From: Anthoceros angustus
Taxonomy: Eukaryota; Plantae; Anthocerotophyta
Length of the DNA: 64,000 bases
Direction of reading: 5' to 3'
Assembly (NCBI GenBank): GCA_010909165.1
Contig: VJWM01000068.1
Coordinates: 992,001 to 1,056,000, forward strand
The translations under genes and the position numbers were made by a program. The notes below the pieces were generated by a model. That model did not search any database. It was not told the DNA's origin and saw nothing but the letters and a program-made list of their open reading frames with translations. How positions within the stretch are numbered: the first letter of the stretch is position 1; each line of letters opens with the position of its first letter. Of this stretch, positions 10,789-23,159 are shown one piece after another.

Positions 10789-12445
10789 TCATTCCTTGGC
10801 ACACTTGGTGATGCCTAGGAAGGCCTTGAGAATGTCATAGGCTACAAATCTGATGCCGTTTTGAGGCACGATCTTGATGGAGTTGGCCCACAGGCCACGG
10901 TAGTAGCCCCTGCAACCCAGTCGACTGCATGTCAAGTGCTGGAGACAATGACGAAACAACAGGGGTTGCTTGGCTGGAGGATGGGCTACATAGTGTACCT
11001 TACGCCTTCGTGGTGGTATATGGTTGTGAGTGCCTGCCAAGTGCTGGCGTAGGACGAGGTTTGCATCTGGAAATCGTTTGTAAGTGTGTGCGAGAGAGCT
11101 GGGTTGGCTGGAATGAAAGTAGAGATGTCTACCTGCATTCGCCTGCGAACTGTGTCTAAAGGGTAGCATGTGGTTGTGGCCACCATGCCTGCAGCTGAGC
11201 CTATCAGCAGGGTGATGGATGCCATCTCCTGAACTTGGCCGGCATCATATACTAGTTTCTTCAACATGTCATATCTGAATACGAGTGACAGACATGTCAA
11301 TATATCACATCCAGCTGATTCAGGCATGAGAAGTTTGAAGTTTGACACGGTTTGTGGTTGGGTGGGCACTTACGAGGCAAAATTGATGGCTGCGTAGGGG
11401 GTGATGGCAATAATGGATGGAGAGAGTCCTTTGTACAAAGCGGAAATTCCCTCCTGGACAGACAGACAAGGTAAAAGCTATCTGCCAGGAAGTGCAGGAA
11501 AGAACATATGGATGGATGGAAGCGAAAGTTGTGAGTATTACCTTGGCCAGAATCGTGCGGAGAGTACGGAGGATGCCTGAATACTCTGCGTCTGGCAACG
11601 CCAGTCTCAACCGCAATGTGTCCAGGGGATGGGTTAAGGATGTTGCTGTGATTCCAGCCAGAGCCCCAGCTAACAGTCGTTGGCGCACTGTGAGCTTGCA
11701 ATCAGGCCCAGCTAGTAGCTCCTTGTAGAGGTCGTGGGACATGAACTGGCAACGCAGTTGAGAGTCAGAAAGGTAGAACAGACAACGTTCAAGGCACAGG
11801 ACAATTTGAAGTAACTTGTGTGTCTTACATCACATCGAGCTCCATGACTACAAACTGCCCTCTACTTCGTTAACCTCTAAGAGACACAGTTCATGCTCTT
11901 TGCATGGACTGTCTCCACAGGAGAAGAGTTAACAACATGAAAACATCACCTGCAGATGAGGTGAAGAATAATAAGCACCTGCGATGCGAGGCACTCCTAC
12001 AGCAACCTGATGACTCTAACGTTTAAGCACAGACGGCAATTTGCCATCCACGGACAGTGTTGAGACATACCTGCGCAGCAGAATAGGGAAGATCCTGATC
12101 ACGTTGGCTCCATTCCTTTCCAGTAGGCACGAGCCCTTCCTCGTGCCAGATCTTTGAAAGAGCCTGCCCCACAGAACTGTAAGGCGCGGAATGCAGCCCC
12201 ACTGGCTGACATGTTGCACCTGCCCACCACGGTTCCCACACCACCACCATCAGCTGCCACCCCAAGACTACTACTACTCAGGCGCGTGCCCGCATGCAGC
12301 TTTCACATACTTGCCTGAAAGAGGATCTTAACACGGTCCAGAGGAGCTGTGCACGTCCGGGCAACAGCACCTGCCAACCCACCTGCTAACAGAAGCTTCC
12401 CGACACGATCCAGCCGCGCTGTATTTTCCGAGTCTCTCCTGTCAT
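10789..12445 (-). CDS. Mitochondrial carrier family (SLC25) protein, TAAC/EAAC-like adenine nucleotide carrier; multi-exon, complete copy
   Basis: Three PX(D/E)XX(K/R) repeats: [23 protein letters not shown] and [12 protein letters not shown]. Also [15 protein letters not shown] and a C-terminal [11 protein letters not shown], with GT-AG introns between exons. Confidence 0.88.
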
Positions 12446-12629
12446 GGTGTTCGGATCGGGAAACCTCCGCCTATGTTCGGATTTAGACTTATGTGGAGAC
12501 ACAGATTTAAGGTGTAGGTTGATCCTTTTCGGGGCGGACTGTTCGGGCAAGGCTGTGAGCTTTACGATGAACGCTAAGCCGGAAGCACAAGGACAGCCGC
12601 CATGTTATTGCCGGCAGCCGCACATGAAC

Positions 12630-12788
12630 GCCGGATGAAGCTGGTCTCGGCAACTAGCTGCCATAGCTTCGCGCTACTCGGGAAGCAACAGAAAGGGAAA
12701 TTCCTTAGCTGCCGGATGAAGCTGGTTTCGGCAACAACCCGCCATACCTGGATCCTGCTCGCTACTATTAGGGAAGCAACAGAAAGGG
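12630..12788. repeat. Diverged 2-unit tandem repeat (81-bp period) in the carrier/GT61 divergent spacer; echoes at 14749-14907 and 17625-17783
   Basis: Both units start gccggatgaagctggt(c/t)tcggcaac and end gggaagcaacagaaaggg, with a diverged middle. Confidence 0.9.
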
Positions 12789-12846
12789 AGAGGAGTTTCC
12801 ATTCTCGGCTGGAGCAACGTATCTGCTGAATGGACATAAGTTGGCT

Positions 12847-13396
12847 ATGCGCGGTTTCTTCCTACGCTGCTTTCCCCTCCTTCTACTCATCTGCTTGGTG
12901 CTGCAAATTTGGATCCCACAAAGCCTTTTTGCTTCCACAGTATTGCCCTTTGCCTTCTCGCAAGGCCCCGCAGCGGAGATATCGTGCCAAACCCGAACTG
13001 CTGCACCCTTAAGCCTGTCGGCTGACAAGCTGTGCACGGGTGTTTGTGACCCTGCATGTTTCCCTAGAGCCCGCGTGTGCGTCCATTCATCCAAGGTCCG
13101 TGTGTTGTGATTGCCTGTTGATGGAGGGTTTTGCTTATGTTTTAACGCCAAGCATGGAATTTGTGTTTGGATATCAGGTTGTGGTCTGTGGGCCTGGAGC
13201 AGGCCCACTGTATGACGCCTCATATAGGACTCGTGCTGGGGATGGTGGTGGTGCTATGCCTGCCATCATGCGATTCCGTGGGGAAAAGCTCACCATACCT
13301 GTGGAGCATGGGGTCTGTCCAGAGGGAGACTGGATTCATGGCCTCTCCATGGTGGCGGATCAGCGGTTTCTTCCTCTGAGGAAACCAAATCCGCAT
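12847..13396 (+). pseudogene. 5' fragment of the GT61-like gene (duplicate)
   Basis: Matches 17846-18393. Cut at junction 13396. Confidence 0.8.
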
Positions 13397-14562
13397 ACGA
13401 GTGACAGACATGTCAATATATCACATCCAGCTGATTCAGGCATGAGAAGTTTGAAGTTTGACACGGTTTGTGGTTGGGTGGGCACTTACGAGGCAAAATT
13501 GATGGCTGCGTAGGGGTGATGGCAATAATGGATGGAGAGAGTCCTTTGTACAAAGCGGAAATTCCCTCCTGGACAGACAGACAAGGTAAAAGCTATCTGC
13601 CAGGAAGTGCAGGAAAGAACATATGGATGGATGGAAGCGAAAGTTGTGAGTATTACCTTGGCCAGAATCGTGCGGAGAGTACGGAGGATGCCTGAATACT
13701 CTGCGTCTGGCAACGCCAGTCTCAACCGCAATGTGTCCAGGGGATGGGTTAAGGATGTTGCTGTGATTCCAGCCAGAGCCCCAGCTAACAGTCGTTGGCG
13801 CACTGTGAGCTTGCAATCAGGCCCAGCTAGTAGCTCCTTGTAGAGGTCGTGGGACATGAACTGGCAACGCAGTTGAGAGTCAGAAAGGTAGAACAGACAA
13901 CGTTCAAGGCACAGGACAATTTGAAGTAACTTGTGTGTCTTACATCACATCGAGCTCCATGACTACAAACTGCCCTCTACTTCGTTAACCTCTAAGAGAC
14001 ACAGTTCATGCTCTTTGCATGGACTGTCTCCACAGGAGAAGAGTTAACAACATGAAAACATCACCTGCAGATGAGGTGAAGAATAATAAGCACCTGCGAT
14101 GCGAGGCACTCCTACAGCAACCTGATGACTCTAACGTTTAAGCACAGACGGCAATTTGCCATCCACGGACAGTGTTGAGACATACCTGCGCAGCAGAATA
14201 GGGAAGATCCTGATCACGTTGGCTCCATTCCTTTCCAGTAGGCACGAGCCCTTCCTCGTGCCAGATCTTTGAAAGAGCCTGCCCCACAGAACTGTAAGGC
14301 GCGGAATGCAGCCCCACTGGCTGACATGTTGCACCTGCCCACCACGGTTCCCACACCACCACCATCAGCTGCCACCCCAAGACTACTACTACTCAGGCGC
14401 GTGCCCGCATGCAGCTTTCACATACTTGCCTGAAAGAGGATCTTAACACGGTCCAGAGGAGCTGTGCACGTCCGGGCAACAGCACCTGCCAACCCACCTG
14501 CTAACAGAAGCTTCCCGACACGATCCAGCCGCGCTGTATTTTTCCGAGTCTCTCCTGTCATG
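13397..14562 (-). pseudogene. 5' portion of the SLC25 carrier (duplicate)
   Basis: Matches 11281-12445. Confidence 0.8.
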
Positions 14563-14965
14563 GTGTTCGGATCGGGAAACCTCCGCCTATGTTCGGATTT
14601 AGACTTATGTGGAGACACAGATTTAAGGTGTAGGTTGATCCTTTTCGGGGGCGGACTGTTCGGGCAAGGCTGTGAGCTTTACGATGAACGCTAAGCCGGA
14701 AGCACAAGGACAGCCGCCATGTTATTGCCGGCAGCCGCATACATGAACGCCGGATGAAGCTGGTCTCGGCAACTAGCTGCCATAGCTTCGCGCTACTCGG
14801 GAAGCAACAGAAAGGGAAATTCCTTAGCTGCCGGATGAAGCTGGTTTCGGCAACAACCCGCCATACCTGGATCCTGCTCGCTACTATTAGGGAAGCAACA
14901 GAAAGGGAGAGGAGTTTCCATTCTCGGCTGGAGCAACGTATCTGCTGAATGGACATAAGTTGGCT

Positions 14966-16693
14966 ATGCGCGGTTTCTTCCTACGCTGCTTTCCCTCCTT
15001 CTACTCATCTGCTTGGTGCTGCAAATTTGGATCCCACAAAGCCTTTTTGCTTCCACAGTATTGCCCTTTGCCTTCTCGCAAGGCCCGCAGCGGAGATATC
15101 GTGCCAAACCTGAACTGCTGCACCCTTAAGCCTGTCGGCTGACAAGCTGTGCACGGGTGTTTGTGACCCTGCATGTTTCCCTAGAGCCCGCGTGTGCGTC
15201 CATTCATCCAAGGTCCGTGTGTTGTGATTGCCTGTTGATGGAGGGTTTTGCTTATGTTTTAACGCCAAGCATGGAATTTGTGTTTGGATATCAGGTTGTG
15301 GTCTGTGGGCCTGGAGCAGGCCCACTGTATGACGCCTCATATAGGACTCGTGCTGGGGATGGTGGTGGTGCTATGCCTGCCATCATGCGATTCCGTGGGG
15401 AAAAGCTCACCATACCTGTGGAGCATGGGGTCTGTCCAGAGGGAGACTGGATTCATGGCCTCTCCATGGTGGCGGATCAGCGGTTTCTTCCTCTGAGGAA
15501 ACCAAATCCGCATCACGAGGCAGAGAAGCTTATTCCTGCGTTACTTCTCTCCAGGAACTTCGAAGCTGGTGGGTTGTTTTGGTTTACATCTCAGAATGAC
15601 ACTTCCCGTTGGGCCAAGGGCCTTCTCTCAGCAACTGGTCTGGAGGACATGGTCAGGTACCTAGAACTTCCAGAGGAGAGGGAACCACCCGTCTGCTTTG
15701 AGGATGCTGTGCTGTTCTCAGCCCCGACCAACGTGCGTTATGTTCCGAATGCGGAAACAAATAAGTTGCTGCGAGCTCAAGTGCTGGAGTTTTGTTCCAT
15801 ACCGGATGTGAGTTGGATACCCTATCTCTCACTGAATACTGCGCTGTGAATGTTTACAATGCTTTACAACCATGGATAACACTTTGTCGGACCTGGTTTC
15901 TCATGGCATCAAGTTGTGTACTGTTGCAGCGTAATGTAACAAGGCCTCTGAGGAAGGCAGTAATTCTGGACAGGAGGGGGGCACGGCATCTCGCCAATCG
16001 AGATCAGGTGTGTGTAGTTCATGGGCTTGCACTGTTCCTGTGCTCAATCCTGTTGTTCAGCGAACTGCAGCCCCATTGCTCACTTATGGTGTCCTATTGT
16101 TTTCGTGCATGTTGAAGAGAATTTTGAACGTGCTTGCCTGTGGTGTTATGTCCAACAGGTCTCCAAAGTGATTACTGAAGTACTTGATATACCTGTGGAA
16201 CAGCGGGAGGGTGGACTGGGTTCCTTCTGCGATCAGGTAAAGATGCCAGAGCTGCTGCATATTGTACATGGTGACGTGGCATTCGATTAACATGTTGGGG
16301 CTGTGCAGGTCAGCTGTAGCTGAGGAGGACTTCCTCATTGTTCCTCACGGTTCACAAAACGTGAACTTCATATTTGCACGGCCTGGAGCCGTAATCATAG
16401 AGGTAATACGTACTAATACTCTAGAGTGTTTTGCAACGCACATGGTGCCTGGACATGTCCATCTGAACATTGCGGTTGTCTGCCTGTGTGAAGGTTTTCC
16501 CCTCATCTGTTTCATACCACGGCTTTGAGGAACTATACCCACGCAGCAGGTCTCAAGCTGTACTCATTGCTGGGAATAAGGCCGCCGAGGAACTTGTTGA
16601 GCTGGTTGTTCTCATTTCTTGGTTGGATACATGTTTCTACCGTTTCCGTCTTTGTAAAATTATGCAAGGCAGCAGCCTATTCATGCTGACTTG
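14966..16693 (+). pseudogene. GT61-like duplicate missing the last ~14 codons
   Basis: Matches 17846-19577. Cut at junction 16693 (HADL|). Confidence 0.8.
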
Positions 16694-17438
16694 CAATCAG
16701 GCCCAGCTAGTAGCTCCTTGTAGAGGTCGTGGGACATGAACTGGCAACGCAGTTGAGAGTCAGAAAGGTAGAACAGACAACGTTCAAGGCACAGGACAAT
16801 TTGAAGTAACTTGTGTGTCTTACATCACATCGAGCTCCATGACTACAAACTGCCCTCTACTTCGTTAACCTCTAAGAGACACAGTTCATGCTCTTTGCAT
16901 GGACTGTCTCCACAGGAGAAGAGTTAACAACATGAAAACATCACCTGCAGATGAGGTGAAGAATAATAAGCACCTGCGATGCGAGGCACTCCTACAGCAA
17001 CCTGATGACTCTAACGTTTAAGCACAGACGGCAATTTGCCATCCACGGACAGTGTTGAGACATACCTGCGCAGCAGAATAGGGAAGATCCTGATCACGTT
17101 GGCTCCATTCCTTTCCAGTAGGCACGAGCCTTCCTCGTGCCAGATCTTTGAAAGAGCCTGCCCACAGAACTGTAAGGCGCGGAATGCAGCCCCACTGGCT
17201 GACATGTTGCACCTGCCCACCACGGTTCCCACACCACCACCATCAGCTGCCACCCCAAGACTACTACTACTCAGGCGCGTGCCCGCATGCAGCTTTCACA
17301 TACTTGCCTGAAAGAGGATCTTAACACGGTCCAGAGGAGCTGTGCACGTCCGGGCAACAGCACCTGCCAACCCACCTGCTAACAGAAGCTTCCCGACACG
17401 ATCCAGCCGCGCTGTATTTTCCGAGTCTCTCCTGTCAT
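16690..17438 (-). pseudogene. 5' portion of the SLC25 carrier (fourth copy)
   Basis: Matches 11696-12445. Confidence 0.8.
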
Positions 17439-17845
17439 GGTGTTCGGATCGGGAAACCTCCGCCTATGTTCGGATTTAGACTTATGTGGAGACACAGATT
17501 TAAGGTGTAGGTTGATCCTTTTCGGGGCGGACTGTTCGGGCAAGGCTGTGAGCTTTACGATGAACGCTAAGCCGGAAGCACAAGGACAGCCGCCATGTTA
17601 TTGCCGGCAGCCGCATACATGAACGCCGGATGAAGCTGGTCTCGGCAACTAGCTGCCATAGCTTCGCGCTACTCGGGAAGCAACAGAAAGGGAAATTCCT
17701 TAGCTGCCGGATGAAGCTGGTTTCGGCAACAACCCGCCATACCTGGATCCTGCTCGCTACTATTAGGGAAGCAACAGAAAGGGAGAGGAGTTTCCATTCT
17801 CGGCTGGAGCAACGTATCTGCTGAATGGACATGGGGCGGTTGGCT

Positions 17846-19619
17846 ATGCGCGGTTTCTTCCTACGCTGCTTTCCCCTCCTTCTACTCATCTGCTTGGTGC
17901 TGCAAATTTGGATCCCACAAAGCCTTTTTGCTTCCACAGTATTGCCCTTTGCCTTCTCGCAAGGCCCCGCAGCGGAGATATCGTGCCAAACCCGAACTGC
18001 TGCACCCTTAAGCCTGTCGGCTGACAAGCTGTGCACGGGTGTTTGTGACCCTGCATGTTTCCCTAGAGCCCGCGTGTGCGTCCATTCATCCAAGGTCCGT
18101 GTGTTGTGATTGCCTGTTGATGGAGGGTTTTGCTTATGTTTTAACGCCAAGCATGGAATTTGTGTTTGGATATCAGGTTGTGGTCTGTGGGCCTGGAGCA
18201 GGCCCACTGTATGACGCCTCATATAGGACTCGTGCTGGGGATGGTGGTGGTGCTATGCCTGCCATCATGCGATTCCGTGGGGAAAAGCTCACCATACCTG
18301 TGGAGCATGGGGTCTGTCAGAGGGAGACTGGATTCATGGCCTCTCCATGGTGGCGGATCAGCGGTTTCTTCCTCTGAGGAAACCAAATCCGCATCACGAG
18401 GCAGAGAAGCTTATTCCTGCGTTACTTCTCTCCAGGAACTTCGAAGCTGGTGGGTTGTTTTGGTTTACATCTCAGAATGACACTTCCCGTTGGGCCAAGG
18501 GCCTTCTCTCAGCAACTGGTCTGGAGGACATGGTCAGGTACCTAGAACTTCCAGAGGAGAGGGAACCACCCGTCTGCTTTGAGGATGCTGTGCTGTTCTC
18601 AGCCCCGACCAACGTGCGTTATGTTCCGAATGCGGAAACAAATAAGTTGCTGCGAGCTCAAGTGCTGGAGTTTTGTTCCATACCGGATGTGAGTTGGATA
18701 CCCTATCTCTCACTGAATACTGCGCTGTGAATGTTTACAATGCTTTACAACCATGGATAACACTTTGTCGGACCTGGTTTCTCATGGCATCAAGTTGTGT
18801 ACTGTTGCGGCGTAATGTAACAAGGCCTCTGAGGAAGGCAGTAATTCTGGACAGGAGGGGGCACGGCATCTCGCCAATCGAGATCAGGTGTGTGTAGTTC
18901 ATGGGCTTGCACTGTTCCTGTGCTCAATCCTGTTGTTCAGCGAACTGCAGCCCCATTGCTCACTTATGGTGTCCTATTGTTTTCGTGCATGTTGAAGAGA
19001 ATTTTGAACGTGCTTGCCTGTGGTGTTATGTCCAACAGGTCTCCAAAGTGATTACTGAAGTACTTGATATACCTGTGGAACAGCGGGAGGGTGGACTGGG
19101 TTCCTTCTGCGATCAGGTAAAGATGCCAGAGCTGCTGCATATTGTACATGGTGACGTGGCATTCGATTAACATGTTGGGGCTGTGCAGGTCCGGGCTGTA
19201 GCTGAGGAGGACTTCCTCATTGTTCCTCACGGTTCACAAAACGTGAACTTCATATTTGCACGGCCTGGAGCCGTAATCATAGAGGTAATACGTACTAATA
19301 CTCTAGAGTGTTTTTGCAACGCACATGGTGCCTGGACATGTCCATCTGAACATTGCGGTTGTCTGCCTGTGTGAAGGTTTTCCCTCATCTGTTTCATACC
19401 ACGGCTTTGAGGAACTATACCCACGCAGCAGGTCTCAAGCTGTACTCATTGCTGGGAATAAGGCCGCCGAGGAACTTGTTGAGCTGGTTGTTCTCATTTC
19501 TTGGTTGGGATACATGTTTCTACCGTTTCCGTCTTTGTAAAAATTATGCAAGGCAGCAGCCTATTCATGCTGACTTGGCTGAGTTATATAAACTGCTGTG
19601 GATGATCTTGGATGCATAA
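17846..19619 (+). CDS. Glycosyltransferase family 61 (DUF563)-like type II membrane protein, ~6 exons, complete copy
   Basis: N-terminal anchor (FLRCFPLLLLICLVLQIW), CFEDAV, a 'KAVILDRRGARHLANRDQ' strand and the GT61-type motif HGSQNVNFIFARPGAVIIEVFP. GT-AG introns at about 18100, 18687, 18888, 19116 and 19285. Confidence 0.75.
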
Positions 19620-19882
19620 GCAGCACCAGCTTCCTCGCTTGCCCTTCTCCGCTTTCCTACAATAATCACAACTGGGACCTTTTGAATGGAAGGTTTTCTG
19701 TGCTTCCATCGCATATTGCTTGTGAGCAGATTCGGCATGGCACACATGTACGAGCAGGTTCGGCACGGCATCTATGTAAGAATATGTCTACATAGTCTGC
19801 AGAGATGTACCGGATCTGCTGTTCTGAAGAGAGGGCAAATCACCGGGGAGGAGTGAAACGTAAAAGTAGCAACAAGTTATTG

Positions 19883-20665
19883 CTATGTATTCAACAGTGA
19901 CACTGGATAGATACATGTACAGTGAACTTTCTTTATGGGGAATGACAACATGCGGTAGTAAGTGCCACATCGGAAAAGACGGCAAAACACATGTTCCAAC
20001 CTGAAGAAAGTCCAAGATCTCCTTGAGACGACCACTCGCGTGGATAAAATTAAATTCCCGTCTCTCGAGCCTACCGCCACACCCGTTGAGGCTTTGGCGG
20101 TGGTTTCTTCCTGGCTGCAGCTCTGACAGGCAGCGCTGTCTTCCTCCGTTGATTCAATGTCTGCCTCTCCTTGCCCTTCAAGCTCGGAGTAGCGGGTACC
20201 AGTTGAGAATCGTCCCGCTCTGGATACCTCTGCCAGGCCAGAGCGCACCACATATCTCAGCAGCCTTTCGTTTACACCTTTTACACAGTGACGTACAATA
20301 ATTGCCACAAAAAAACAAAGAAACCAGGCCCTCACCACATCATCCTGCCCTTTCTCCTTCTCTTGCTCCTCGGAATACGTCTCGCTGCTCCAATCTTGGC
20401 CGAAGAGAGGATTGATGTAGGATGTGGAAGCCTCCCACACCGGGCACTTGCAACTCCCGCAGTCGCACTCTGCTGCCTTGTCCGGAACGGACTCCGCGTT
20501 GTGGAGAATGAAAAGCTCCACGACATAAACCGGAAGCCGCACCACGTAGGCCACAATTCTGAGCAAAATGTGCAGAAGCAGCACCAGAACGAGCTCCCAG
20601 CTGGTGCACTCGCTCTGACCTGCGGGCCGCATCGCAGCCTTGTCGTCGGTGGCCTCAATCTTCAT
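19883..20665 (-). CDS. Hypothetical protein with N-terminal hydrophobic segment; 3' end uncertain
   Basis: Long ORF MKIEATDDKAAM...LVLVLLLHILLRIVAYVVRLPVYVVELFIL...CDCGSCKC...EEQEKEKGQD, with a probable short T-rich intron at about 20280-20340. No family recognised. Confidence 0.4.
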   Translation of the reverse strand: MKIEATDDKAAMRPAGQSECTSWELVLVLLLHILLRIVAYVVRLPVYVVELFILHNAESVPDKAAECDCGSCKCPVWEASTSYINPLFGQDWSSETYSEEQEKEKGQDDVVRAWFLCFFVAIIVRHCVKGVNERLLRYVVRSGLAEVSRAGRFSTGTRYSELEGQGEADIESTEEDSAACQSCSQEETTAKASTGVAVGSRDGNLILSTRVVVSRRSWTFFRLEHVFCRLFRCGTYYRMLSFPIKKVHCTCIYPVSLLNT

Positions 20666-20955
20666 CACCTGGTGCGGAATTCCTCTCACCTACTACAATC
20701 CACAAGTACACTGCAACCTCAACTTCCGGTCCCCCAGACCGGACCAGGTGCAGAACCTCCTCCTGTTCCTGCTTCTGCTCCTTCTCCACCGAATCGGATT
20801 GCTATCCACCAAATCCATGGCACCGAAAACCGGCACCTGTAGAACGAACCGACATCGGAAATCCTAGTCATGAAGACCAGATTCCAGCATAAGAAACTCT
20901 TTAGAATAGAGACTGCTGCACACCTATAGTTACATAATGCTACTATTGTACACGT

Positions 20956-23152
20956 CTAAGTTCGAGCTAGCTTCTTCTCATTATACTCATCAAGAAGCTT
21001 GCACAACAGGGCAAGCTGAACTGCCAAGACGTTGTTGCCGCATTCCGCACCAGGGCTGTTCACCTGTACCCGCAGAGGACACAGAATTCAGGACTTCGGC
21101 TGCAACGGTGTGAAAGTGGACTAGGTGTGCAGAGATAAGAGATTATACTACCTTAGCCTCCATATCTCGTAGCTCGTCCACTGGATGAGGATTTGTTGTA
21201 GACTCAGTGGATACCCAGTCCAAATGGAAGACAGGGATCTGGGAGGGATATTGCACGGAGATTTTCACCTGATGGCAAATCATGCAGTGAGCAGAGCATT
21301 GCTGTTTCATTTGGATACACGTGAACACAGCTTGGAAGATGGATGGCACGGCATGATTACCTGTAGTTCTAGCTGGAGGTGTCTGCCCCCACTTTGACCT
21401 TCTCTCCTCAGTACAGCTCGGAATTCTCGCTCTCCAATTTTGTCCCAAGTTCCTTTGTTTTTAGCAGGCTCTTTGGATTTTGCTGCTTCCTTCCGGAGTG
21501 CAGAAGGCATCTTACCATCCTTCACTGATTCTTGTCGTCCAAGAGAAGCTTCTTGATTTCCCCCATCTAACGGATCTACTGTGGTCGACCCTTGCTTGCT
21601 TGTCCCGGATCTGCGGCTCGAATTGCGCCCACTTTCTGACATTTCTACATCCACCTGTTTGGGTTGTGCTCTGTCCTTTGTAGGAGATGCTTTCAAAGCA
21701 TAAGCCTCTTTGGTGCTGTAGGCCTCTGATGGTCCATTCACCCCTTGTGCAGATGATGGAAGCTCCCCATCTTCCCTCCCACCTTCTAGGTCCCCAGCAT
21801 CCCTCTAAGATCCAAGGGCTGTACCTCAGACCAGCTCCGCAACCCACATTTTGACTTGTGCTGAGCCCAAGGAGCTTCACTGGCTTTGACAGGAGGGAGT
21901 TTCAACTTGAACAAACAATCCAGCTGCTCCTGCATAGCCAGGCATGTCAAGGTGGTTATTTATGGGGTGTGCCTGCCAGATAAGCAGTACAGAAGTACTT
22001 TTAGCACAGCTTGGTAACCACAATGTCCGAGACAATTACTTCAGAGCATGGAGAGCTTTCCGGCTGCAGAACAGCTTGCAGAAAGGTCTGGATTCGGTGC
22101 TGCTCTCGGTATACAGCCAGTCCATCACCCACCGCTGCACATCTCAGATCTGAGGATCTGGGTGTCTGCAAAGAAGCCTCAGCAAGAAAGTCCATGCCAG
22201 CCACCAGTTGTGCCCACTTGTACGGTCGCAGAGAGCGTTTTTTATCTAACAGAAGATTGCCTCCAATTTGTGTAGCAGCAGACTACATTCCATGACACGA
22301 CCAGACTATTAGAGACGTAATGTATGCCAAAGAGGAAGTTGACAGAAATTAAATCCTGAACTGCGCACACCTGATTAGGTAAATCCAGACCTTGATCATC
22401 TGGAAAGAGGTTGACAAGCCAGTTACTCTGATCACCTCCTTGTGAGATATCAAGTCCTGCATAGACAACGTTGACCTTTGGCAGAAACTCAAAGCGTAAA
22501 GTCAAAGTTTTGTTCTGCTTCTCATTCCACAGCTTCTGGTCTTGGCCAATGTGTAGCAGTACGGCCAAAGGATGAGCATTGTAGATTCCTTCACCATCTG
22601 CATTCCCTTTCTCGTGGGCCCTTTTTGCCCTCTTCCTACGTCTCTGAGAGTCATCCTCCTCCTCGACATCTTCATCACCTCTTAGTTCATCTTTGGCTGA
22701 GCCTGTCAACCACAAGTTCAATCCCAACTGGACTCACTCCCACATGCATCGACAGATGGCTACAGGTGACAACTCAGTGCTTAAAGAAATCCTGAAACTG
22801 TCCTTAGATACAAACCTGCCATCCTGCTCATCATCTGGCGAGCAACTGCTTGTGCTTCTTTAGCACTTCCAATGATCTCCAGATCGATATTTTCTCCTGA
22901 AGCTTCCCTTTCCGTCACAAGTTGTGTATACAATATGTACAAGGGTGGGGCAAGGAGCTCAGCAAGCTGATGCTGCTTCATACGATTCATATGCAGCATT
23001 CCAAGTTGCTGCTGCACTTGCAATGAGGCCTTCTTCACAGTCTTCAAATGTGAAGGGAGGCTGGATAAAAACTTCTTCCTGCCGGCAAGGCTTTCCTGTA
23101 ACAACTTCTTTTTGACTTCAAGTACCTCTCGCTGTTCGCATAACCCCTTCCT
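20956..23152 (-). CDS. THOC5: THO complex subunit 5 (FMIP family), 3' two-thirds; upstream exons replaced by an orphan block
   Basis: RKKFLSSLPSHLKTVKKASLQVQQQLG...LAPPLYILYTQL...DDSQRRRKRAK...HPLAVLLHI...LRFEFLPKVNVV...VKISVQYP...DELRDMEAKVN. Confidence 0.88.
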
Positions 23153-23159
23153 CTGCCAC

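Larger units (their letters stand above)
6924..12438 (+). repeat. Direct tandem duplication, junction 9672, period ~2747, microhomology TC
   Basis: gagtctcTC|ggaatac; compare gagtctctcctg (12430) and gtgtcggaatac (6921). Confidence 0.95.
11279..15513 (+). repeat. Direct tandem duplication, junction 13396, period ~2116, microhomology AT
   Basis: atccgcAT|acgagtgac; compare gcatcacgagg and gaatacgagtg. Confidence 0.95.
13810..19577 (+). repeat. Direct tandem duplication, junction 16693, period ~2880, microhomology CTTG
   Basis: gctgaCTTG|caatcagg. Confidence 0.95.

Noticed and set aside
12630-12788. CRISPR-like array or C/D-box snoRNA pair
   Set aside because: There are only two units with no spacer architecture, no cas genes, a eukaryotic context and no convincing RUGAUGA/CUGA boxes.
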